27,460 nucleotides of DNA from a virus (Duplodnaviria > Caudoviricetes). Positions 1 to 8,019 of this stretch are shown here, in pieces (within the stretch, counting starts at the first letter, position 1; every line of letters starts with the position of its first letter). The notes beneath the pieces are model-generated. The model worked only from the letters and a program-made list of their open reading frames with translations. It made no database searches and was not told the DNA's origin. The stretch lies in the IMG/VR virus record IMGVR_UViG_3300044676_007359, positions 1 through 27,460 of that record. One strand, 5' to 3'. The position numbers and the translations under genes were made by a program.

Positions 1-102
1 ACCATGAGCCCCGTGGATTATGACAATCTAAATGAAGAGACAGACGTTACAGCGCCGCTTGCTACAGAGGCGTGCGCGGGTGGACAGTGTGAGCTAAGGT
101 GA
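1..102 (+). CDS. C-terminal fragment of a probable ribonucleotide reductase (class II/NrdJ-like tail), 5'-truncated by window edge
   Basis: Frame 1 reads TMSPVDYDNLNEETDVTAPLATEACAGGQCELR-stop (TGA 100-102). The terminal ACAGGQCE (CxxxxC) matches the redox-shuttle cysteine pair at RNR C-termini (cf. CEGGACP of the Lactobacillus monomeric class II enzyme). Not in the ORF track; only 33 codons are visible. Confidence 0.6.
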   Translation, partial: TMSPVDYDNLNEETDVTAPLATEACAGGQCELR

Positions 103-2117
103 GTATCACGCGCTTGAGCGTAGACCGCCCGCCACTCTTCACCGCGCGCAACCGCCGCGCATGGACAACGGGCGGCGAGGCGCTCAAGCGCTTAGGTGTA
201 GCCCGCGCGCTAGGCTATGCATCAAGCTCGCTGATCTATGTAATGAATCGCGCTGATGATCTTCAAGAGCTCACAGCAGAGCAAGAGGCGCAGCTTAGCG
301 AGGCTATAGGCCGCCTCTCTGACCTTTGGGCGAGGTGGACAGAGCAAGAGCGCACAGAGTTTTACCACACGTTTTTAGACACCTCTAGACAGCCACACTT
401 TGAGCGCCCCTACTCAGAGCCTGAGATTTATATCCCAGACCATCCCGATGGGATGAGCGAGATGAGGCGCCGGGGATGGAAACCACACCCGTATCAAGCG
501 CGCGCTGTACAGTTTGCGCTAGAGCGCCCGCGCTCAGTATTAGCGCTCGAGATGGGATTAGGTAAGACGCTAATCGGAATCATGAGCTACCACCTGCTTA
601 AAGCGCGCGGCGACCTAAAGCGCGTGATCATCGCGGCCCCTAAGAGCGCGCACGCATCATGGAGAGAGCACCTTGAGCTCTCTAATGCTCAGATCCATGT
701 GTTGACCTCGCAGACTCCTGACAAGCGAGAAGAGATCTATACAGCGCTCTATCATGGACAATTAGAGGGCGTACTGATCACACCGCAGACACTTGCGATA
801 GATCGAAATTATTTCAAGAAGCTCATGAGCCTTGAGCCCTATCTATTGGTAGCTGATGAGGTGCATAAATTCAAAGCGCCTCAAGGGATAAACGGGCTAT
901 GTTTTCAAGAGCTTAGCAAGAGCGCCGCGCGCGTGATAGGTCTCACAGGCACCCCGAAACCGAACGCCGTAGAAGACTTCTATCATGTGATTGACAGGGT
1001 AGACCCTAACAGGCTAGGGGAGATCCAAGAGTTCACAGCGCGTTACACCTACCGCAAGCTCGCTCAGTATGACTCAATACGAGGCCCACAGTATGAAATG
1101 GGAGCGCTGAGAGGTGACATGCTAGGTGAGCTCTATGAGCGTCTCAGAGATACCCTATTCACGCGCACCACCTCAGACCCCGACGCGCAGCTAGACCTAC
1201 CACCGCGCAAAGACCTAGCCCCCTATATCGCACCGGATGAGAACCAGCGCGAGCTCATGAAACAGTTAATCGAGATGCAAGCGGCGCGCGAGCTGAACGC
1301 GAGTAGTTACCGTGAAGCGCTAGAAGGCGCGAGAGGTTTCGAGAGCATGATAGCGGCCGAAGGCGCACCGAAGACGGCGCAAGCGCTAGGCATGAGACTA
1401 GAGCAGCTCACCATATCACCCGCCATATTCAGCGAGGCGTTCAGTATCCATGTGCCAGACTATGAATCACCTAAGCTGAGATGGATCATAGACATGGTGA
1501 TGAGTTATCTCTCTGAGGACGAGACACGGGCCGCCGTGATCTTTTGCGAGTACATCATAGGTCTCACAGAGGCGCGCAAGGCCCTGATCAGACGAGGGCT
1601 CAGGAGCTCAGAGATTGACATCTACACAGGCGAGAGCTCAGAGAGCCAACGCGCCGAGATGACAACCCGGCTCAATGAAGGAGGCTCAAGAGTTCTGCTC
1701 GGACAGACACGCGCATTAGAGACAGGTGCAAATCTGCAGAAGCGCGCCGCGATGGTAGCGCACCTCTCAACCCCGTGGGCGCCGGACACCTTAACGCAGT
1801 CCACCGCGCGAGTATACAGGCAAGGGCAGCAGCGCCCCGTGATCGTGTTGAGGCCGTCAGGATCACGGCTAGAAGAGGCCAAGAACAAAGCGCTAACACG
1901 AAAGATCATGCAGAGCGCGAGCCTCACAGGAGCCCTGAGCGACGCAGACCGCGCGGTCATCGAGACGAGCGCAGACGAGCGAGTTAGACGCGCTCACTCA
2001 AGATTATTAGAGCGCGGGAGCTATGATCTTGATATAATCCGAACACTTATAAAGTTAGAGGGAGATCATGAGCAGACTCAAGCTAAAAGGCCGAGCGGAT
2101 CAGCTCGCGCGCCCTGA
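99..2117 (+). CDS. SNF2/SWI2-family (SF2) helicase/ATPase
   Basis: Q motif (PHPYQ), Walker A LEMGLGKT, motif Ia IIAAPKS, Walker B ADEVH, motif III LTGTP, motif V ETGANLQ, motif VI QSTARVYRQGQ. Start uncertain: GTG 99 (GTGA overlap with upstream stop) or in-frame ATG 243. Confidence 0.9.
   Translation: MSITRLSVDRPPLFTARNRRAWTTGGEALKRLGVARALGYASSSLIYVMNRADDLQELTAEQEAQLSEAIGRLSDLWARWTEQERTEFYHTFLDTSRQPHFERPYSEPEIYIPDHPDGMSEMRRRGWKPHPYQARAVQFALERPRSVLALEMGLGKTLIGIMSYHLLKARGDLKRVIIAAPKSAHASWREHLELSNAQIHVLTSQTPDKREEIYTALYHGQLEGVLITPQTLAIDRNYFKKLMSLEPYLLVADEVHKFKAPQGINGLCFQELSKSAARVIGLTGTPKPNAVEDFYHVIDRVDPNRLGEIQEFTARYTYRKLAQYDSIRGPQYEMGALRGDMLGELYERLRDTLFTRTTSDPDAQLDLPPRKDLAPYIAPDENQRELMKQLIEMQAARELNASSYREALEGARGFESMIAAEGAPKTAQALGMRLEQLTISPAIFSEAFSIHVPDYESPKLRWIIDMVMSYLSEDETRAAVIFCEYIIGLTEARKALIRRGLRSSEIDIYTGESSESQRAEMTTRLNEGGSRVLLGQTRALETGANLQKRAAMVAHLSTPWAPDTLTQSTARVYRQGQQRPVIVLRPSGSRLEEAKNKALTRKIMQSASLTGALSDADRAVIETSADERVRRAHSRLLERGSYDLDIIRTLIKLEGDHEQTQAKRPSGSARAP
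110..191. repeat. Imperfect inverted repeat / stem-loop just after the RNR stop codon
   Basis: GCGCTTGAGCG (110-120) pairs perfectly with CGCTCAAGCGC (181-191); inner CCGCCCG (125-131) pairs with CGGGCGG (169-175). No U-tract follows. Confidence 0.5.
2030..2038 (+). promoter_or_regulatory. Putative extended -10 promoter (TGaTATAAT)
   Basis: TG-A-TATAAT at 2030-2038, about 30 nt upstream of the ATG at 2068, which has a GGGAG SD. No -35 seen. Confidence 0.4.
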
Positions 2118-2727
2118 GATACAGTTTCAGATATGGCAACAGCTCACGCTACAGAAGGGCTTCAGGCGCCGTTTCAGCGTCGAGGGCGTAGAGGGTGAGG
2201 TGATCTTAGACCCGCGCGACACACCATCACAGGTCATCGACTTGATCAAAGCGAAGGCGACGAAGAGCGCGCCAGAGTATCGGGGTGAGGTGGACGTGAT
2301 CAAAGAGTTAGCCGGTGAGATGAGCACGCTACATAAAGCGCGCGTGAGCTCTCTCATGGATGAGCTTGACACGATCCTAGTGGGTGATCTTGAGAAGGGA
2401 TATAAGCCCCCCGCTAGCGTCGCGCGCGAGGCGGCGCGAGGCTTAGAGCTGAGACGAGAGCATGGGAGAGGGGGCCTGAGCACAAAACAGGCGAGCGAAC
2501 ACGGGATAGGCTCAGGAGTACAGCGCGCGGTGAATCTTAAGAACCGCGATGAGCTGACTCTTAAGACTGTGAAACGTATGAAGAATTTCTTTAACAGACA
2601 CCGCACCTACAAAGAGCGCGGGTACCACCGAGACCGCACGAGCGCGAGCTATATCTCATGGTTATTATGGGGTGGTGACGCGGGTGATAAATGGGCTCAG
2701 AAGACCGTAAAGGAGAGTGACAAATGA
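2068..2727 (+). CDS. Hypothetical head-associated protein with a widespread uncharacterised phage domain
   Basis: C-terminal ~105 aa (YKPPASVAREAARGLELRREHGRGG...TVKRMKNFFNRH...YISWLLWGGDAGDKWA) resemble a basic domain I recognise from phage head regions, often fused to protease or MuF genes. It is preceded by LEKG. SD present; the stop overlaps the next start (ATGA). Confidence 0.65.
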   Translation: MSRLKLKGRADQLARPEIQFQIWQQLTLQKGFRRRFSVEGVEGEVILDPRDTPSQVIDLIKAKATKSAPEYRGEVDVIKELAGEMSTLHKARVSSLMDELDTILVGDLEKGYKPPASVAREAARGLELRREHGRGGLSTKQASEHGIGSGVQRAVNLKNRDELTLKTVKRMKNFFNRHRTYKERGYHRDRTSASYISWLLWGGDAGDKWAQKTVKESDK

Positions 2728-4586
2728 CTTGGAATCTCACAGAGACCATGACCATGATCAAGGCCGCAGGGCACAAATACACCCATCGAAAGCTAGTGGG
2801 TAAAGATCCCAAGACAGGGCGCAAGCGCTACCGCTATTATTATGCAGAGCATCACGGCGGAGGGATCACAAGCGCAAAGTTTGAGGAGGGCGCAGCGTTT
2901 AAGCTCACGTTCAAAAACCGACGCGGACACTTTCATGTACAGCGCGTTGAGGGCGATAAGGTCTTTGTGAAGCATGACGGGCGACCCGGCTCTAAAGAAG
3001 TCGAGATGTCACAGGACGAGCTCAGAGCGCTTTTAGAGCGCCAACACTCAAAGACCGAGACCAAGAGCCGAGAGAAGGCACAAGCGAACCGCCGTAAAGG
3101 GCGCAAGAGCACCAAGCGCAAGAGCACCACACGCAAGAAGACACAGACCCAGACCCCACGCGAGCAGCTCACAGAGACAGCGCAGCAGAGCGACGATAAC
3201 TTTGAGACTATGCCAAATGACCTAAGCACCTTGACCACACCGCAACTTAAAGAGGCGATTAGACAGCGTAGAGAATATGTAGACGAGGTACAACGGAAGT
3301 TTGAAGAGGATAATAGGAGCAAGGATTTATTAAGAGAACTCGATAAAACGGAGGGTGACACCCCCGATTTAAGAGACGCGAGGGACGCTATAGCCAGAGG
3401 CCTCGTAGCGATAAGGGACGAGATTCAAGAGGCATATAATAGCGACGAGATAGAAAGCCAGCTACGGAAGCTCAATGCAGAGGACGCCCGCCGCATGAGA
3501 GAGGCCTATAGACGCAAAAAGGAGGCGCGTGGACTTGAGGCGAGAACACCACAGACCCACGGCGCAGACAACCCCGCAGCAGATTTGACTCTATACGCAC
3601 TCCCTCCACGTAAACTACTCCAAGCTATCACAAAGGTGGGTGATTCAGAGATAGAGCGCCTGATGAATCAATACGCTGATGTGAGAGAGGCGCACAGGCA
3701 AGCCGTAGCCGCATCATTACAAGAGTCTCAAAAAGCCTATAATGAGGAACTCGTTAAGTATAGAGCATCTAAGAGAGGCTTCTCAACGTCACCGCGCCTC
3801 GCCGCAGCGGCACAAGCGGCATATGATGAGGCAAAGGCGAAATATAACGAGGCCAAAGAAGAAGCGAAGCGTTTGAACCCCCTTATAGACTCAGCGCTAG
3901 GTAAGACGGCCACGCTCAACACGTTGATTGATGAGAATCATAGGCGTATGTATCAAGTGAGCGGGACGATTGATGAGCGCCTTCAGAAGATCGTGGACCA
4001 GCTTGACTATGCTGAATTCTTAAAAGTCGCTGATGGTATCGTTAAGCGTGGAGGCGTCGTATTATCCACCCCTGACGCTATCGCGGGAGTATTTAAAGGG
4101 AGGACGGGAGCCGCACCCACCGCAGCAGAGAGACATGAGATCGAGAGGAGGGTGAGAGCGGGTAAGGGTGAGCAGTATAGGAACGAAAAAGACAGAGATC
4201 TCACCGCCACGATAGAAATGAGAAACTCTCTTATAGCCGAAGGTGTAGACGTGCCTAACACCAAAGAAGCAACGGTCGCTCTCATCCAGGAGAGGGCGTC
4301 ACAGGCCCAGACCCCCCGCGATCAGCTAACCGAGACCGCGCAAGCGTTCAGTGGTATGGTAGACGCGATCAAGAGCGGCGAGAAGGGCGCAAGCGCACAG
4401 GCGGCTCAGAGCGCTTTTAAGGCCGAGCTCAACAAGGTGATAGATAAGGCTGAATCGGGAGTATTGACAGCCACAGAGCGCGCTGAGCTGTTACCTATAG
4501 CTGAGCAGCTCGTAGCGGCCACATCAGGCAGAGCGCGCGGGCTCATGACCGCCGTTAGAGATCAAATTAAGGGATCAAGCACATGA
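2724..4586 (+). CDS. Large putative internal-head (cargo) protein A: shared N-terminal module, Lys-rich linker, helical/coiled-coil payload
   Basis: N-terminal ~120 aa nearly identical to those of 4583..7000 (KAAGHKYTHRKLVGKDPKTGRKRYRYYY...). The rest is charged and Ala-rich, apparently helical, with internal repeat QTPR[ED]QLTETAQ. ATGA overlaps at both ends. Confidence 0.7.
   Translation: MTWNLTETMTMIKAAGHKYTHRKLVGKDPKTGRKRYRYYYAEHHGGGITSAKFEEGAAFKLTFKNRRGHFHVQRVEGDKVFVKHDGRPGSKEVEMSQDELRALLERQHSKTETKSREKAQANRRKGRKSTKRKSTTRKKTQTQTPREQLTETAQQSDDNFETMPNDLSTLTTPQLKEAIRQRREYVDEVQRKFEEDNRSKDLLRELDKTEGDTPDLRDARDAIARGLVAIRDEIQEAYNSDEIESQLRKLNAEDARRMREAYRRKKEARGLEARTPQTHGADNPAADLTLYALPPRKLLQAITKVGDSEIERLMNQYADVREAHRQAVAASLQESQKAYNEELVKYRASKRGFSTSPRLAAAAQAAYDEAKAKYNEAKEEAKRLNPLIDSALGKTATLNTLIDENHRRMYQVSGTIDERLQKIVDQLDYAEFLKVADGIVKRGGVVLSTPDAIAGVFKGRTGAAPTAAERHEIERRVRAGKGEQYRNEKDRDLTATIEMRNSLIAEGVDVPNTKEATVALIQERASQAQTPRDQLTETAQAFSGMVDAIKSGEKGASAQAAQSAFKAELNKVIDKAESGVLTATERAELLPIAEQLVAATSGRARGLMTAVRDQIKGSST
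2772..2863 (+). repeat. 92-bp exact direct repeat, copy 1 (copy 2 at 4631-4722)
   Basis: cacaaatacacccatcg...catcacggcggagg is identical in both genes; weaker similarity continues to ~3120 / ~4995. Confidence 0.95.
3148..3184 (+). repeat. 37-bp imperfect direct repeat, copy 1 (copy 2 at 4306-4342), encoding QTPR[ED]QLTETAQ
   Basis: cccagaccccacgcgagcagctcacagagacagcgca vs cccagaccccccgcgatcagctaaccgagaccgcgca: 5 mismatches, all at third codon positions. Confidence 0.85.
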
Positions 4587-7000
4587 ACTACTCACCAACA
4601 CTAGCGCTCACACTTCTCAAGGCCGCAGGCCACAAATACACCCATCGAAAGCTAGTGGGTAAAGATCCCAAGACAGGGCGCAAGCGCTACCGCTATTATT
4701 ATGCAGAGCATCACGGCGGAGGCATCACGGGCGCAAAGTTTGAAGAAGGCTCAGCCTTTAAGCTCACATTCAAAGGCAGGCGTGGACACTTCCACATTGA
4801 CCGCGTGGAAGGGGATCAAGTCTTTGTTCGGCATGACGGGCGCAAGGGCTCAGAGCTGATCAGCTTGAGTCATGCAGAGCTCAGAGCGCTCTTAGAGCGC
4901 CAACACTCAAAGGTCGAGACCAAGAGCCGAGAGAAAGCCCAGCGTAAGAAGCGCAAGGGGACCAAGAGCACCAAGAGCACCAAGAGCACCAAGCGCACAG
5001 CACCAAAGACAGCCGCACCGAAGATCAAGCGTATGAGCGCAGCGGAGCGCAAGGCGCTTGATAGTGATCTCTCTAAAGCGCTGAGAGAGGGAGACGCAGA
5101 CGCGGCCCATGAGCTCATCAAGAAAGACCAAATCGACTACGCGCAGACAGGGAACAGCGCGCTTGACAGCCTGCTCTCACAAGCGATCAGCGCGGGTGAT
5201 GTAGAGACATTCGATGATGCCACTAAGAAGGTAAGCGGACGCGGTAAGCTCTCAGCGGAGCAGCTCAGCGCGCTTGAGGAGGCGACCGGGCGAGGTGTGT
5301 TTAACTCGAGCACTCAGGGTGATCTGGAAGTCTACGCTCTCAACAGCGCAGCAGATCCAGACCGCTCACTCACACTACTCGTTAAGGGTGATAGGTTCGA
5401 GCTCAAGATAGAGGACTTCACGCCGCCTAACAGCCGCGATCAGCGAGCGATCCCCGAAGGGGAAGAGCTACGCGCGCCGGTACCTAAGCAGAAACTAGAC
5501 AAGGCGTTGAGGGCGATACAGGAGCTACTCAAAGAAAATCCAGAGCTCGCTTCAGATCCCAAAATAGCCGCGCTCATAGGCCCGCAGTCAAAGCCCAAGC
5601 GCGAAGGGCGAACAGATGAGATGTTCATCACCATTGACGGGCGAGAGCGTAAGGCTGAGTTTAGGTATCAGTTGATTGAGACCGGTGATGCGATCCCTTC
5701 CCATGATCCGTTGAGCTTCTCGAAGCGTGAGGATTACCCCGAAGGGATACAAGAGCGCATCTATCACCAAGACCGTATGGAGCAGCTGAAAGTCCAGCGT
5801 AACGCGGGCAGCGCATACGAGCCAAGCTATCTGATCAACACGAACCCGGACGCGACCAACGGCCCGCCGATTGTAACCCCTGATGGAATCGTATTGGGGG
5901 GGAACTCGCGTGTTATGAGCACTCAGCTTGTCAACATGAACAACCCCGCAGGGCGTGAGCGGTATAAAGAGAAACTCTCTCAAGACGCGGCGATCTATGG
6001 CTTTAGCCAAGCGGACATTGACGCGATGGATTCACCTATGCTTGTGAGAGTATACGAGCCAGAGCAGACCGATAAAAAGCACATGGCTAAGCTCGTTAGA
6101 GCAATGAACGAGAACAAGACACAGGGGATGGATGAGCGCACAGCCGGGCGCGCGGCCGCCGCTAAGGTATCACAGCAGACTCTCAAGACACTCCAACGCG
6201 GACTTGATAGTAAGGAATATACATTTAACCGCTTCATGACAAAGCCATCAAAGGCACTAGACGCTTTTAAGGAGGCTCTCTATAAAGACGGCATCCTTAA
6301 CGCGCAGAACACAAGCCAACTCATCCGGACACAAGACGGCAGTTTTACGGCCACCGGACGCGAGTTTCTACAGTACATGTTAGTGGGCTATGTAGTTAAT
6401 GATGACCGACTTCTACCAACGCTCGATTATGCAACAATGGAGCAACTCACAGTCAGTCTAGGCAAGTTAGCGGCCGCAGGGATAGGGGAGACGGAGCGCG
6501 CGAGCCTACAAAACGCCGTAGCTGTATATAATAATGTGATCAGCCGTGACCTGTTACCACAAAAGGGTAAAGACATCGCCGTGAAGAGAAACAGAGCGGT
6601 AGATATGGTCATGCTTGAAGAACAGGAGCTAGGTCTTGCAGCAGCGGGCGCGGAAGGTAGCGAGAGCGATGAGCTGAGCGTCTCAAAGATCCCTATAGGG
6701 GAGCTCAAGGACAGGGTACGAAAAGATCCTCTCTCTAGCGCGTTTCTCAAGATCCTCACTCTCAACCCCGGTAAGAAAGGCTTAGAGACCACAGTAGAGA
6801 GGCTCGTGAAACTCACCGAGGACACAGGGCAGGCGTCTATGTTCGGTGGTGATGAGGTGCTTGATTATTCAGAGGCCGCTAACAAGATCGCTAAAGAGCT
6901 CGCCTCTACTCACGAGATTGAGGCGCGGCTCTATGAGCTACCTGAGAAGACGCGCAAGGGCTCACCTCTACTCGATCTCTATAAGGCGATCAGATGCTAG
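4583..7000 (+). CDS. Large putative internal-head (cargo) protein B with DdrB-like ParB-superfamily domain (polyvalent-protein type)
   Basis: Shared N-terminal module and K/T/S-rich linker. Nucleotides ~5660-6130 encode YQLIETGDAIPSHD...YPEGIQERIY...NGPPIVTPDGIVLGGNSR...PMLVRV, the pattern of the ddrB-ParB domain. C-terminus has GQASMFGG and ends LYKAIRC. Confidence 0.75.
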   Translation: MNYSPTLALTLLKAAGHKYTHRKLVGKDPKTGRKRYRYYYAEHHGGGITGAKFEEGSAFKLTFKGRRGHFHIDRVEGDQVFVRHDGRKGSELISLSHAELRALLERQHSKVETKSREKAQRKKRKGTKSTKSTKSTKRTAPKTAAPKIKRMSAAERKALDSDLSKALREGDADAAHELIKKDQIDYAQTGNSALDSLLSQAISAGDVETFDDATKKVSGRGKLSAEQLSALEEATGRGVFNSSTQGDLEVYALNSAADPDRSLTLLVKGDRFELKIEDFTPPNSRDQRAIPEGEELRAPVPKQKLDKALRAIQELLKENPELASDPKIAALIGPQSKPKREGRTDEMFITIDGRERKAEFRYQLIETGDAIPSHDPLSFSKREDYPEGIQERIYHQDRMEQLKVQRNAGSAYEPSYLINTNPDATNGPPIVTPDGIVLGGNSRVMSTQLVNMNNPAGRERYKEKLSQDAAIYGFSQADIDAMDSPMLVRVYEPEQTDKKHMAKLVRAMNENKTQGMDERTAGRAAAAKVSQQTLKTLQRGLDSKEYTFNRFMTKPSKALDAFKEALYKDGILNAQNTSQLIRTQDGSFTATGREFLQYMLVGYVVNDDRLLPTLDYATMEQLTVSLGKLAAAGIGETERASLQNAVAVYNNVISRDLLPQKGKDIAVKRNRAVDMVMLEEQELGLAAAGAEGSESDELSVSKIPIGELKDRVRKDPLSSAFLKILTLNPGKKGLETTVERLVKLTEDTGQASMFGGDEVLDYSEAANKIAKELASTHEIEARLYELPEKTRKGSPLLDLYKAIRC
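4631..4722 (+). repeat. 92-bp exact direct repeat, copy 2
   Basis: Identical to 2772-2863 (offset 1859 nt). Confidence 0.95.
4961..4996 (+). repeat. 9-bp tandem repeat (ACCAAGAGC)x3 + ACCAAGCGC encoding TKS-TKS-TKS-TKR
   Basis: Read directly from the sequence; lies in the Lys-rich linker. Confidence 0.9.
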
Positions 7001-8019
7001 TGTTAGACGCCGAGCGCCGAACGCGCCAGAGTATCACGGATCACTACGACGCGCTAAGCGTGGAGCTTTTGGGCGTTCGCGCTTCAGGCTTGACTCGGCA
7101 GCGGATCGAGGCGCTAGTGAGATCAGGCCGCTTGAGCGCTGATCAGCTCAGAGGATTCAACGCAGGGAGCCTCTCAGAGCCCACTAATCCGATTCTGTTT
7201 ATCAGATTGATAGGCACACCCTACAGCCGCGCGACACCTACCGAGAGAGCGCGCATGCGGACGTGGAGCCTAAACAGGTGGCGCAGGCGGCTGATAGGTG
7301 CGGACAACAGACCCGCGCGCTTGATACCGCCACTATCGGCCCCGATTCAGCGAGAGCCGAGCCCCTTTAGCTCACCGCTCACGCCGAGCCCGCGCGCTAT
7401 ACCTGAGCACTTCACCGCAGCAGAGCGCGCGGGAGTGGTGAGCGCGTTTGAGACGGCGGGATCATACATCAGGGGCTTGGGCGCACGATTCGCAGACGAG
7501 GCGAGCGCGGAGATCTTTGAAGATTGGAACGGTGAGAGGATCTTAAGCACACCAAACCCCGCGAGGCGCGCGAGGATGCTTAAGATCATCAGAGAAGAGG
7601 TTGGAGCGGCGGTACTCACAAAAGACCAAGCGCGCGCAGTAGCAAGGCGCATCAGGCAACGCTCAGGAGACCTTGCGCGGAACTTTGAGCGGATCGCAGA
7701 GACAGAGCTACAAGCGACCCACAACGAGGGCCAAATCGCGCAAGCGGTAGAGCTCGACGGGGAAGGCGCGCGCGTCGCGCGAATCCCTGAGAGTGGCGCT
7801 TGTGGCTATTGCTTGAGCGCCTTCATAGACCCAGAGACACAACGCCCCTATATATTCGAGGTGGCGCAGCTTGTGGAGAATGGAACCAATATAGGGAGAG
7901 CGCGCGCGGATTGGGCACCCTCTGCTTATCCTATGCATCCTAATTGTAGATGTGATACAATCCCCGTAGGCCCTTCTCAAATCGTAAGTAGAAGCGGTCG
8001 CTTAGAGGTGGACAAATGA
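6994..8019 (+). CDS. Mu gpF / SPP1 gp7-like minor head protein
   Basis: ERIAETELQATHNEG, CGYC and PMHPNCRC motifs; sits directly before the prohead protease. Confidence 0.85.
   Translation: MLVLDAERRTRQSITDHYDALSVELLGVRASGLTRQRIEALVRSGRLSADQLRGFNAGSLSEPTNPILFIRLIGTPYSRATPTERARMRTWSLNRWRRRLIGADNRPARLIPPLSAPIQREPSPFSSPLTPSPRAIPEHFTAAERAGVVSAFETAGSYIRGLGARFADEASAEIFEDWNGERILSTPNPARRARMLKIIREEVGAAVLTKDQARAVARRIRQRSGDLARNFERIAETELQATHNEGQIAQAVELDGEGARVARIPESGACGYCLSAFIDPETQRPYIFEVAQLVENGTNIGRARADWAPSAYPMHPNCRCDTIPVGPSQIVSRSGRLEVDK

Noticed and set aside
2772-4722. Repeats as a DGR template/variable pair or a CRISPR array
   Set aside because: Mismatches are not adenine-specific, no reverse transcriptase is present, and there is no repeat-spacer periodicity; both copies are in-frame coding sequence.
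3435-6535. Other TATAAT hexamers (~3435, ~3738, ~6527)
   Set aside because: They lie mid-gene in AT-richer coding patches (Tyr-Asn codons), far from any start codon; probably chance.
6994-8019. MuF polymorphic toxin
   Set aside because: The protein ends ~20 aa after HPNCRC with no toxin domain, and the protease follows directly with no immunity gene.
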